44,522 nt of DNA from Elusimicrobiota bacterium (GTDB taxonomy: Bacteria > Elusimicrobiota > Elusimicrobia > UBA1565 > UBA9628), in assembly GCA_038060535.1 (NCBI GenBank), contig JBBTHA010000128.1, forward strand, positions 1-44,522. The letters run 5' to 3'. This document shows, in pieces, positions 34,423-43,300 of this stretch (positions are counted from its first letter, which is position 1; every line of letters begins with the position of its first letter). The notes under the pieces are model-generated. The model saw only the letters and a list, made by a program, of their open reading frames with translations. It was not told the DNA's origin and made no database searches. Made by a program: the position numbers and the translations under genes.

Positions 34423-35151
34423 TCACGGCACGGATATGAGAGAGGCGCCTCTTTCGGAATGCGGATTTTCGGGATCGAGCTGCTTTTTCTTGTCGACGGC
34501 GAAGGTGTACCGGTATTGCCCGGGTTTAAGGTAGATGGTGGCGGTCCACGTTCCGTCTTCCTGGCGCGTCATTTCCTGCCTTCCCCCCCGCATGATGAAG
34601 GCGCCGACCACGCTGACGCTGCGGGCTTTGGGGGCATGCAGCTTGAAATCGACTCCCACGGCTTTCACTTTCACCTCGCCTGAGGCGGGCGGCGTCGGGG
34701 CGGCCTTGGCGGCGTGGTCGGCGGGGCGGGGAGTGTCTCGGTGTCTGGGCGCGTCGGTCAGCATCGTGGGTTTGGGAGGTTTCGGCGCGTCGGCGGACGC
34801 TTTAACGGGGGCCGACGGCGGTTCGGGGGCTTTCGCCGCGGGAGCGGCCGGGGTCGCCGTGACCGGCGCGGGCGTTGGGGCCGCGGCGACGGCGGGCGCG
34901 TCGGGAGCTTTGGCGGGTTCCTTGACTGGACGACGCCGAGGGGCGACGACGACCGCGGGCGGGGCGTTGCGATACTGATAGATCTTCGCAGCGACCGCTC
35001 CGGCGAAGACGATGACGAATACCGCGTCGAGAACCAGAAGGAACGCCCACAGTTTGTGAGAGCCTCGCGGCGGGGCCGGCTGCGCGTCAGCCTGCCGGGC
35101 CTGCTGGTCGGACTCCTTGTCCCGATTTTTAAGGCCGAATAAGTCGATCAT
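34423..35151 (-). CDS. single-pass membrane protein with Pro/Ala-rich linker and C-terminal CBM48/AMPK-beta-like glycogen-binding module
   Basis: 242-aa ORF. TM helix LWAFLLVLDAVFVIVFAGAVAA. Terminal VKAVGVDFKLHAPKARSVSVVGAF...MTRQEDGTWTATIYLKPGQYRYTFAVDKKKQLDPENP fits the V.F......A..V.V.G.F..W....M....G.W...L.L.PG.Y.YKF.VDG....DP.NP pattern. Confidence 0.7.
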   Translation of the reverse strand: MIDLFGLKNRDKESDQQARQADAQPAPPRGSHKLWAFLLVLDAVFVIVFAGAVAAKIYQYRNAPPAVVVAPRRRPVKEPAKAPDAPAVAAAPTPAPVTATPAAPAAKAPEPPSAPVKASADAPKPPKPTMLTDAPRHRDTPRPADHAAKAAPTPPASGEVKVKAVGVDFKLHAPKARSVSVVGAFIMRGGRQEMTRQEDGTWTATIYLKPGQYRYTFAVDKKKQLDPENPHSERGASLISVP

Positions 35152-35199
35152 GTTCGTGTGTTTGCATTCTAGCCTGGCTTGGGGGCCCGCGTCAACGTG

Positions 35200-35751
35200 T
35201 CAACGGTAGCGGGCCAGGATGTGATCCCATGCCTTGCGGCTTTTCAAGATGACCTCGGCGCATTCCCGAACGGCTCCCTGCCCCCCGCGGGCTTTTGTGA
35301 CCCAATGCGCGGCGGCCTTGACCTCGGGTCTGGCGTTGGATGGAGCGATGGCCAGGGCGACGCGCGACATCACCGCGAGGTCCGGGAGATCGTCGCCCAT
35401 GTAGGCGACGTGTTCCGAGCCGACTTTTTCCTCGGCCATGATCGCTTCCAGCACCGCGGCCTTGTCGAGGCGGTGCTGATAAATGTGCTTGACCTTGAGC
35501 ATTTGCAAACGGGCCTGAGTGCCCTTCGACAATCGTCCGCTGATGACGCCCGTGGTCAGACCCGATTCGGCCATCCAGGCCAGGGCGATGGAGTCTTGGG
35601 CGTTCATGCCCTTGAATTCGACTAATTCTCCCGTCGTGTCGACGAAATGATAAATCGTTCCCCCCGTGAGAACGCCGTCGACATCGCAGAGGAAAAGACG
35701 AATCTTGGCGGCTTTGGCGCGCAGAGTTTTTGCGGCCAGTTTGGCCGTCAT
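35200..35751 (-). CDS. kdsC: 3-deoxy-D-manno-octulosonate 8-phosphate phosphatase (HAD-IIIA)
   Basis: 183-aa ORF. LFLCDVDGVLTGG (DxDGV), MNAQDS, YMGDDLPDL motifs. Confidence 0.8.
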   Translation of the reverse strand: MTAKLAAKTLRAKAAKIRLFLCDVDGVLTGGTIYHFVDTTGELVEFKGMNAQDSIALAWMAESGLTTGVISGRLSKGTQARLQMLKVKHIYQHRLDKAAVLEAIMAEEKVGSEHVAYMGDDLPDLAVMSRVALAIAPSNARPEVKAAAHWVTKARGGQGAVRECAEVILKSRKAWDHILARYR

Positions 35752-38555
35752 AGGGCCGCCGCTCGGGAATCGGCCAACGCGTTGGCCAAGGCCCGCAAAC
35801 CGTCGCCGGCCGAGCCGAAGTCAAGACGCAACATGCGGCGTCCGGCCGCCAGAAGGGCCGCCGCGTCTCCGCGGGCTTGGGCGCGGCAGAGCTCCCCGAA
35901 CGTGAAGGGTTTATCAGGAACGGGAAGTCTTGTTTTTTCCCAGTCGTTGAGAACGAGAAAGACTCCGTTGGCTCCGCCGCCCTTATGCAACTGACCCGTC
36001 GAATGGAGGTATCGGGGTCCCCACGACGCGGTCACGGGGGCCGTCGTGCGGGCTCGAATAAGCCGGCGGACGTCATCGAGCAGGCGGCGGTTGTCATCGG
36101 TTCCGGCGAGAAAAGACAGGATGGACACGTAGTCGCCGGGCTTGACGCGGGCGAGATGCGCCTCCAAGACTTCGCGCAAAGGGCGATCCTGGCTTGAGTC
36201 TGCGTTCAGGGCTAAGAGCAAGCCCGTGTCGCAAGAGGCGGCCAGGCCGCCGGCGCGCAGACTTGCTTTTTCCGGCGCGGCGTTCTTCTGGGCCTCGAGG
36301 AAATCCCGAGTTTTATCCTTGGCCGACTGCACGTCGGGCTGATCGAAGGGATTAACCTTGAGCAGAAAGCCCGCCGCCGCCGTCGCGATTTCCCATAGGA
36401 GGAACTGCGCGCCGAGGTCCAGCGCGTTCGACATTTCCAAGCGCATGACGGGGTGTCCGGACCGTTCGAGCTCGGCGAGCGCGGCGTCGACTTGGGGTTC
36501 AGCGTGACCCTTGAGGGCGATTCTGACAAACGCGCGATCGCGGCCATAGGAGGGAGCTTGGACGAGGGCTTCGTCGATGACAGGGAGAATTCCTCGTCCC
36601 TCTTTTCCCGTGGATTCCGCCACCAACTGTTCGACCCAAAGCCCGAAAGCCTCCAAAGCCGGGGGCAGGACCAACGTCATTTTGTCGCGGCCGTCGCGGG
36701 CGTGGCTGGCGAGGAACGCCCCCAGACGAAGGGCGTGATTGTCCCTGGTGGGGGTTTGGGCCGAGAACGCCGCCGCCGCTTTGCGGGCGCGGGAGAGAAG
36801 CTCGCCGGTGTCGATGCCGGCCAGAGCGGCGGGAACGAGGCCGAACACGGTCAGGGCCGAGAAGCGTCCTCCCACGTCGGGCGGGCTGAGGAAGGTCTTG
36901 CGAAATCTCAATTCCCGCGAGAGTTTTTCCAGAGAGGTCCCCGGATCGGTGATGGCCACGAAATGGCGGGCCGCGCGGGCGCCGTGGCGGCGCGAGACCG
37001 CGTTCCAGAAATACGAGAGGAGCGCGTTGGGCTCTACGGTCGAACCGGACTTGCTGGCGACGAGAAACAACGTCTTGTCGAGGTCGAGCTGTTTTTCCAG
37101 CGCGGCCACCGCCTCGGGGTGGGTGGAGTCGAGAATCATCAACTCAAGGCGATTGGGCGGCGCCGAGAAAATCGAGCGCAGCACGGCGACGCACAGACTC
37201 GATCCCCCCATCCCGAGCACGACGGCTCGGCGAAAACCCTCTGCCGCGGCCGTCTCGACGAAATCTCTGAGCGGTCCCAGGGCGGGAGCCGCGGCCACCG
37301 GCGCGTCCAGCCAGCCCAAGGCATGGCGGATGATTTTTTGGTGTTCTTTGTCGGCTTTCCAAAGGGAGGGATCCTTGGCCCACAGGCGTTCGCAAAAGCG
37401 CGCCGTCTCGAGTTCGGCCAGGCCCGCTTCCACGGCGGCGTTCTCCACCTCGAGCAAGGCCCGTTTGGCGGCGAGCTTTCCCATCAAGGTTTCGTAAGAG
37501 CGAGAAAACGCGGCCAGGCCTTCCGTCTCAAGGCGATTGAGGACCGCCTCGCGATCCACGCCGAATTGGGCCAAGCCGTCCCATTGCGCTCGGGCGGTTT
37601 CGACGGATTCGTCGAGCGAGGGTCGGGCGGCGCCGTGTCTGCGGTAGGCGTCGACGGTGGCCGGCGGCATGGTGTTGACGGTGTCGAGCCCGATGAGTTC
37701 CTCGACGTAGAGGGTGTCTCGATAGGCGGGGTTTTTCGTTCCCGTCGACGCCCAGAGCAGGCGCTGGGGCTTGGCGCCTTTGGTTTTGAGCGCATTGAAG
37801 CGGGCCGAGGAGAAGACTTTTTTGCCGTGCTGGTAGGCCAGCTTGGCGTTGGCGATGGCGGCCTTCCCAAGCAGGGATTTAGCGCTCGCTTCGGGGCGTT
37901 TTTCCAGCTCCGCGTCGACGGCGGAGTCCACTCGGGAGACGAAGAAACTGGCGACCGAGGCGACTTTCGCGAGGTCCTTGCCCGCCGCCGCGCGGCGCTC
38001 GAGGCCTCTGAGGTAGGCCTCGGCCACGGCGCAGTAGCGCTCAAGGGAAAACAGCAGCGTGACGTTGATAGAGAGGCCGTCTGCGGTCAGGTCTTCGATG
38101 GCCTGCAGACCTTCCACCGTCCCGGGGACCTTGACCATGAGGTTGGGGCGGTCGACCGCGTTCCAGAGGCGCTTGGCGTCGGCCACGGTGCCGGCGCGGT
38201 CACGGGCGAGAGCGGGAGCGACCTCGAGGCTGACGAAGCCGTCGCCCGCCCTGGTCTCCTCGTACAGAGGCCGAAAAAGGTCGCAGGCGTCTTGAATATC
38301 GGAAATCGCGAGTTTCTCGAAAAGCTCGGCGGGAGGCATGCCCGGACGGGAGCGACTGCGGATGGCCTCGTCGTAGTCGGAGGAGTCGCCGATGGCTTTT
38401 TCAAAGATGGTGGGGTTGGACGTGACCCCGCGCACGCCGTCTTCCTCTATAAGACGCTTGAGCTCGCCGGAATCGATCAAAGACCGGGAGACGTAGTCAT
38501 ACCAGACCGAGACCCCGAAACGATGCAGATCGCGGAGAGGATTTTTAGAGGTCAT
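35748..38555 (-). CDS. bifunctional transaldolase / glucose-6-phosphate isomerase
   Basis: 935-aa ORF. N-terminal transaldolase (SVWYDYVSR...GVTSNPTIFEKAI...MVKVPGT), C-terminal PGI SIS domains (VVLGMGGSSL...LVASKSGSTVEP). Confidence 0.85.
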   Translation of the reverse strand: MTSKNPLRDLHRFGVSVWYDYVSRSLIDSGELKRLIEEDGVRGVTSNPTIFEKAIGDSSDYDEAIRSRSRPGMPPAELFEKLAISDIQDACDLFRPLYEETRAGDGFVSLEVAPALARDRAGTVADAKRLWNAVDRPNLMVKVPGTVEGLQAIEDLTADGLSINVTLLFSLERYCAVAEAYLRGLERRAAAGKDLAKVASVASFFVSRVDSAVDAELEKRPEASAKSLLGKAAIANAKLAYQHGKKVFSSARFNALKTKGAKPQRLLWASTGTKNPAYRDTLYVEELIGLDTVNTMPPATVDAYRRHGAARPSLDESVETARAQWDGLAQFGVDREAVLNRLETEGLAAFSRSYETLMGKLAAKRALLEVENAAVEAGLAELETARFCERLWAKDPSLWKADKEHQKIIRHALGWLDAPVAAAPALGPLRDFVETAAAEGFRRAVVLGMGGSSLCVAVLRSIFSAPPNRLELMILDSTHPEAVAALEKQLDLDKTLFLVASKSGSTVEPNALLSYFWNAVSRRHGARAARHFVAITDPGTSLEKLSRELRFRKTFLSPPDVGGRFSALTVFGLVPAALAGIDTGELLSRARKAAAAFSAQTPTRDNHALRLGAFLASHARDGRDKMTLVLPPALEAFGLWVEQLVAESTGKEGRGILPVIDEALVQAPSYGRDRAFVRIALKGHAEPQVDAALAELERSGHPVMRLEMSNALDLGAQFLLWEIATAAAGFLLKVNPFDQPDVQSAKDKTRDFLEAQKNAAPEKASLRAGGLAASCDTGLLLALNADSSQDRPLREVLEAHLARVKPGDYVSILSFLAGTDDNRRLLDDVRRLIRARTTAPVTASWGPRYLHSTGQLHKGGGANGVFLVLNDWEKTRLPVPDKPFTFGELCRAQARGDAAALLAAGRRMLRLDFGSAGDGLRALANALADSRAAAL

Positions 38556-39019
38556 TGAACGGACTCCTTGGAGTAGGCCCGCTCGATCGCGGTCACCTTG
38601 TTTTTGCGGCGAACATGGCGTTCGAGACCGGAAAATTTCGCGTTAAGCCAGGCGGAGACGACTTCATAGGCGAGTTCGACGCCGATGATGCGCCCGCCCA
38701 GGCACAGAACGTTGACGTCGTCATCCTCGACGCCTTGCCGCGCTGAGAACGTGTCGTGGCACAACCCCGCGCGCGTGCCGGGCACTTTGTTGGCCGCGAC
38801 CGTGGCGCCGACTCCCGAACCGCAGACGATGAGTCCGCGCTCGGCCCGGCCCGCGGCGACCGCTTCGGCCACGGCCCGCGCGTAGTCGGGATAGTCGGCC
38901 GGCTCGGCGTCGGTGTCGACGCCGAGATTGAGGACGCTATGTCCTTTTTTTTGAAGCCAGGAGTGCAGGAGTTTTTTGAGCGGAAAGCCGGCGTGGTCGC
39001 AGCCAAGGGCGATGATCAT
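38552..39019 (-). CDS. rpiB: ribose-5-phosphate isomerase B
   Basis: 155-aa ORF. MIIALGCDHAGFPLKK...GLIVCGSGVGATVAANKVPG is the RpiB/LacAB signature. Confidence 0.9.
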   Translation of the reverse strand: MIIALGCDHAGFPLKKLLHSWLQKKGHSVLNLGVDTDAEPADYPDYARAVAEAVAAGRAERGLIVCGSGVGATVAANKVPGTRAGLCHDTFSARQGVEDDDVNVLCLGGRIIGVELAYEVVSAWLNAKFSGLERHVRRKNKVTAIERAYSKESVQ

Positions 39020-39039
39020 GGCTTCATTCTACAAAACAC

Positions 39040-39825
39040 TTATAGGCCGGCGGCGGCGCGCTCGGCGCTGACGCGCGGCTCGACTTCGCGCACGCGGCCC
39101 AGACGGCGAACGACCGCCGTTTTCAACGCGCGGTTTTTAAACAAGCTTCCATGAAGGGACAACGGCACCGGCACGGGAAGGCGCAATCCCTTGGCGGCCG
39201 CGACGGCCAGAGCGGCGAGATGGTCGGCGGCGTCTTCCCGCAAGCGACGGGCGCGCGTCAAGCGGGCATTCAGAACGCGGGGAGCCAGCGCCGCCGTGGC
39301 GCGCACGGGATCTGCGGCGTGCGCCAAGCTCAGAGGGTCGGGCAGCCGCAGGGCCGAGCGCAAGACCGCGTCGCGGGCGGCTGTTTTACCCAGCCAGAAG
39401 CCGGAGCCCTCGTCGCCCAACAAGGGTCCCAATCCCCCCGCCCGTCGAGATTTTCCGTCGACGCCCCGGGCGAAAGCCAAGGAGCCCGTGCTTGCGATGA
39501 GGAGCACGCCGGGCCCGGAGCCGAAGGCGGCGCGGTGCGCGATTTCGTAGTCGGGGCACACGCGCACGCTCCGAGCGAGGGCCCGCAAGGATTTTCGCAG
39601 CTCCGCGCGCGACGCCGCCGCGCCGAGCCGGGTGCCTCCCAAAGTGATCGCGTCGACCCGCTTCACGCCGCCAGCCCGGAGGATGCGTTGAAGAACGCGC
39701 GGCGTTTGGCGCCAGGAAACCGCCGGCAGGCGCGTCTCGCTGAGGATGTCGGTCCCATCCGTCAGGCACACGCGCAGCCAGGTGGCGCCCAGATCCACGC
39801 CGAGATGTCTCTTTGGTGATCTCAT
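39040..39825 (-). CDS. BadF/BadG/BcrA/BcrD-type ATPase (N-acetylglucosamine-kinase-like)
   Basis: I use the start MRSPKRHLGVDLGATWLRV (ATG 39825, 2 nt after the SpoIID stop). The longer track ORF overlaps SpoIID. GGLGPLLGDEGSGFWLG is the family motif. Confidence 0.75.
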   Translation of the reverse strand: MRSPKRHLGVDLGATWLRVCLTDGTDILSETRLPAVSWRQTPRVLQRILRAGGVKRVDAITLGGTRLGAAASRAELRKSLRALARSVRVCPDYEIAHRAAFGSGPGVLLIASTGSLAFARGVDGKSRRAGGLGPLLGDEGSGFWLGKTAARDAVLRSALRLPDPLSLAHAADPVRATAALAPRVLNARLTRARRLREDAADHLAALAVAAAKGLRLPVPVPLSLHGSLFKNRALKTAVVRRLGRVREVEPRVSAERAAAGL

Positions 39826-39827
39826 GC

Positions 39828-42047
39828 TTAGTACTTCAGGGTCCCGATCTCGACTCCGGCGAAATAGGCTTTGACGATCGAGGCGTAATCGATTCCCGCC
39901 TCGGCCCGGCCCATCGCCCCGGATTGGCACAGGCCCACGGCATGGCCCCAGCCGCCTCCCCGGAAAACGAAGGTCTCGGGCACCAGGACCGGGATCGGGG
40001 CGGATATTTTTTTACCCTTCGCCGATGTCCGCCCTGGAGGGAACTCCTTGCGGTATTCGACGTCGAAGACGAAATAGGTGCTGCGCAGGGAGCCCGCGGC
40101 GGCCACTCCTCGGATCGCCATCTCATCGGTGAGTTTTTTATTGCGCTTGGAGCCTATGATCAGAAGGGAGGTGACATGGCCCGCGGGCGAACGGCGCACA
40201 ACGCGCAGGCCTCTGAGTTGTCCGATCTTGTACTTCCGGTTCAGTTTTTCGGAGAGCTCCTTGGCGGAGACGGCGCGGGTCCAGCGCGCGTGGGAGGGAT
40301 GAACTTGGCTGGAGGGCCGGTCGTAACCGCTGGGCCAATCGGAGAGCAGCATCCTCAACTCGAGGGGAGAGGCGGGAAGCGCGACGGGCGTCGCCGAATC
40401 CGACATGCCTTTCCAGTAGGGGACATTGCCCCAGCCGATGTCCGCGCCGCTTTGAGTCATCCCCCCGCAATGCGATGAGTAGATCACGTGCGCCGGTTTT
40501 CCCTTGAAGAAAGCGACCCGGTCGCGGGTATCGATCACCACGGAACGAGTCCGCGGGGTCTCCGAATGAAGACCGCCGTAGACTTGGCAATGCTGCCCGT
40601 CGCACAGGTCGTAGCCGTCCTTTTTATGTCGCCGGGTCATGGTCTTGATGAAATAGGCGTGCGTGCGGGCGATGACGGCCTGCGCTTTCAACGCCTCGAG
40701 CGGGGCGCGAACGGGCATTTCCGCCGAGACGACTCCGTGGGTGTAGTCCTCCAGGCCTATGATGTTGGTGATGCGGATCGTGCGGGGGCGGCCGAACAAT
40801 GCGAACTCAAGTTCCCCGCGAAAGGCGCGCGGGACTTGCGCGGGATCGTCTTCGATGGTGATGAGCGAAGACGCCATATCGAGCGGTTTGATGAGAATGG
40901 CGTCCGAGGCGATGGCGACGACCTGCCCCTCGTGCGAGCGCAATTCCAAGCGCGTGCGGCTCTTTTTTTTCTTTTTACTGGCGGCGACGATGCGCAAGGT
41001 CCACGATTCCCCGGCCCCCGCGGAGAAAAGGACGCGGCCGCTTTTGGGCTCTAGGACTTGCCAAGGGTTGTTTCCGCGAAATGAGGCCGACAGGCGCGGG
41101 CGGGGCTTTCCCATGGCCGTGGAGGAGACGCCGACGCGCAAGACGGGCATTCTCCCCCCCAAAAGCTCGGTGGCGTCGGCGGGTCCGGTGGGCCCCGGCT
41201 GGGTCGGTGCCGGCGGTTCCGGCGTGTTGGTGATCATCGGGCGAACTTTCGCCATCAAGGCCTGAGCGAGCTTTGAACCGGGATCTCCCTCGAGCAGACG
41301 CTGCAGCTGCTTCCAGGCTTCATTGTAGCGGCGCTGACGAAGATAGGCGCGGATGAGAATGCCCCGGCCCTCATGAAAATAAGAATCCGCGCCCACGGCG
41401 AGTTTATAGGCTTCGGCGGCCGCAGACTCGTCGCCGAGCTTGTCGTAGGCGCTGCCGAGAAAATAGGGCGCCATGGATTGCCCGGGAGCGGCCCGCGCCG
41501 CCGCTTGGAGGATATCGGCGGCCTCGCGCGGCTTGTCCAAGGCCAATTTGACTCTGCCCGCGCCGAGCAACGCCCAGGCGGAGTCGGGATTGATCCCCAG
41601 GGCTCGGGTGAACTCCGCGTCGGCGGCCGCTGGATCGCCGACGCGCAGCAAGGCCCAGCCCAGCGAGGCGCGAAGTTCCGCCTGATCATTGAGGGCGCAG
41701 GCGCGCCGATACCAGGACACGGCTTTTTCGGGTCGTCCGGACTCGGCCCAGGCCAAGGCGCCCTCGACCCACAGTGTCCAATCCTTGGAAGACGTTTTGA
41801 CGGCGGCCTCGAAGGCCTCGGCCGACTTCAGGACGTCGGAGGTGAAATACAGGGAGCGGGCCTTGGCCGCCAAGGGGTTGGAAGGCGCTGCCGGTTTGGA
41901 GACGACGGTCACGGTCGAAGGCTTGGGCGGCGTCTGCGCCGGATTTTCGCGACCGGGTTGGGCCCGGGCGAAAGGGGCGCGCAAGGCGACGGCCACACAG
42001 AGGGCGTATAGGACGCGGCGAGAATAGAAGCGGGTGATGGGCAGCAA
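39828..42047 (-). CDS. TPR-repeat / SpoIID-LytB domain fusion protein
   Basis: 739-aa ORF with a TTG start and weak RBS. Signal peptide, about 250 aa of TPR, then SpoIID motifs (LEDYTHGVVSAEMP, LKAQAVIARTHAY, CDGQHCQVYGG, GHAVGLCQSGA). Confidence 0.8.
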   Translation of the reverse strand: MLPITRFYSRRVLYALCVAVALRAPFARAQPGRENPAQTPPKPSTVTVVSKPAAPSNPLAAKARSLYFTSDVLKSAEAFEAAVKTSSKDWTLWVEGALAWAESGRPEKAVSWYRRACALNDQAELRASLGWALLRVGDPAAADAEFTRALGINPDSAWALLGAGRVKLALDKPREAADILQAAARAAPGQSMAPYFLGSAYDKLGDESAAAEAYKLAVGADSYFHEGRGILIRAYLRQRRYNEAWKQLQRLLEGDPGSKLAQALMAKVRPMITNTPEPPAPTQPGPTGPADATELLGGRMPVLRVGVSSTAMGKPRPRLSASFRGNNPWQVLEPKSGRVLFSAGAGESWTLRIVAASKKKKKSRTRLELRSHEGQVVAIASDAILIKPLDMASSLITIEDDPAQVPRAFRGELEFALFGRPRTIRITNIIGLEDYTHGVVSAEMPVRAPLEALKAQAVIARTHAYFIKTMTRRHKKDGYDLCDGQHCQVYGGLHSETPRTRSVVIDTRDRVAFFKGKPAHVIYSSHCGGMTQSGADIGWGNVPYWKGMSDSATPVALPASPLELRMLLSDWPSGYDRPSSQVHPSHARWTRAVSAKELSEKLNRKYKIGQLRGLRVVRRSPAGHVTSLLIIGSKRNKKLTDEMAIRGVAAAGSLRSTYFVFDVEYRKEFPPGRTSAKGKKISAPIPVLVPETFVFRGGGWGHAVGLCQSGAMGRAEAGIDYASIVKAYFAGVEIGTLKY

Positions 42048-42260
42048 TCTTTTATCTATTTGAGGTTTGACTCTATCGAGGCCAAAGAATCGCAGGATAC
42101 TAACATTCCGCGCGTCAGTTGCGCCAGGAATCCAGCCCCCGCACCATTGAGGCGGTCATGCGTCTTCTAGCGCCGCGCGCCCGTGGCCGCGTCGAAGAGA
42201 TGTACCGCGCCCGGCGGCGCGCAGACTTTGCACGATGAGCCTGGCCGGAGCTCGCAGCCA

Positions 42261-42300
42261 GGTTCTTCCCGACGGAGAACCTCAACTGCGGTGCAGTTGA
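42261..42300. other. two abutting stable hairpins in a non-coding stretch
   Basis: GGTTCT(T)CC-CGAC-GGAGAACC (42261-42281) and TCAACTGC-GGT-GCAGTTGA (42282-42300). No flanking U-run on either strand, so this is not a classical terminator. Confidence 0.5.
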
Positions 42301-42574
42301 AACTGGATCGCGGCGGCAAGGGCTGGGACCTTTCGGTCGGAGGATCTGAGTTGTGACTGATCCGCGAACTCGTCCTGAAACTGGTTTGTGGAAAACCTTT
42401 TTCGATCGCTTGCCCCAATCGCCTCGCGTCTTCGCGGCTCAAACGGCGTTGAACACAATAATCCGCGCGTTCTCATCACTGATGATTTCAAACTGAAGAT
42501 TCGGCTCATCTCGCATCGAATCAAGTGACAGGATTACAGAGACCTCGGCGCGAACGGTCCAGGCAAAGTGGTCG

Positions 42575-43300
42575 CTAGAGAAGGTCAAGCTCGCGCGTGA
42601 GAGCCTCGCGCAGTTGTTTGGCGATAGCCACCTGACTGCGGGGCAAGAACTCCCTGAGCTCGCGCTCCACGTCCTTGACGTTGAGCTTGGCGGCCTCGCG
42701 CCTCAGGTCTTGCTTGGATGCGATAATTTTCTTTATACCGAGACGAGCGCGCATCAGGAAATAAATGTCGTAGAAGTCGCGCGGTTCCTTGCGGCGGAGC
42801 AGCGCTTGGATCTTCTCCGAGACCATTTCATCCACGTCAAGCGCCGTCACCGAGTAAGATGTCCAAAGCGGAGAATTCACCAATGTCGTCTCATGAGGGG
42901 CCGGCTTGCCCGAGGCCCGCAGGGAGACGTTCCACTCGATGCGCACCGGCCAGTCGTAGACCTGCGTGTCCATCAGGGCGAACCATCCGCCGGAGGTCTC
43001 GTTGGACTCCACCTTCTTGAAATCCAGCCCGTGCCGCGAGGCTTCCTTGGCGGTCTGCTTGATCCACTCCCCCACATGGTAGGGCTTGACCCAGCCGGTG
43101 AAGTCGAGGTCCTCAGAAAACCGCGGGCTATTGCGCAGGAGGCGCAGGGCCGTGCCTCCTTTAAAGGCCAGCTTGGCGTCGACGCCTTTGAGCTGAAAGA
43201 GGATGTCCAGCAGGACATGCTGGACATATTCCCGAGCGACGCTCAACTCCTGGGTCTGCCAGCTAGTGCTGAATTCTGTGATCTGCGATTTTGAGATCAT
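42575..43300 (-). CDS. abiEii: AbiEii/AbiGii-family nucleotidyltransferase toxin (DUF1814), type IV TA system
   Basis: 241-aa ORF. AFKGGTALRLL...RFSEDLDF (NTase GG/S..DxD core) and the C-terminal RRKEPRDFYDIYFLM block. Confidence 0.85.
   Translation of the reverse strand: MISKSQITEFSTSWQTQELSVAREYVQHVLLDILFQLKGVDAKLAFKGGTALRLLRNSPRFSEDLDFTGWVKPYHVGEWIKQTAKEASRHGLDFKKVESNETSGGWFALMDTQVYDWPVRIEWNVSLRASGKPAPHETTLVNSPLWTSYSVTALDVDEMVSEKIQALLRRKEPRDFYDIYFLMRARLGIKKIIASKQDLRREAAKLNVKDVERELREFLPRSQVAIAKQLREALTRELDLL

Noticed and set aside
36453-38558. 701-aa plus-strand ORF antisense to the transaldolase-PGI gene. Similar long antisense or off-frame ORFs occur at 2549-3511, 5067-6191, 11648-12727, 16486-17526, 25850-26938 and 28514-29650.
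   Set aside because: Long stop-free antisense frames are expected at this G+C. The translations are Gly/Arg/Asp/Val-rich with no domain pattern, whereas the opposite-strand ORFs carry unambiguous signatures.
39826-39930. Upstream extension (MPIRGDGPG...) of the BadF-type ATPase ORF
   Set aside because: It would overlap the 3' end of the SpoIID gene by ~100 nt. MRSPKRHLGVDLGATW matches the usual N-terminal phosphate-1 motif position of this ATPase family.
42167-42524. Two overlapping minus-strand ORFs of 91 and 80 aa in the spoIID-abiEii gap
   Set aside because: Both start at TTG without an RBS, overlap each other in different frames, and have Arg/Ser/Pro-rich, motif-free translations. I treat them as possible pseudogene debris (see the finding), not as genes.
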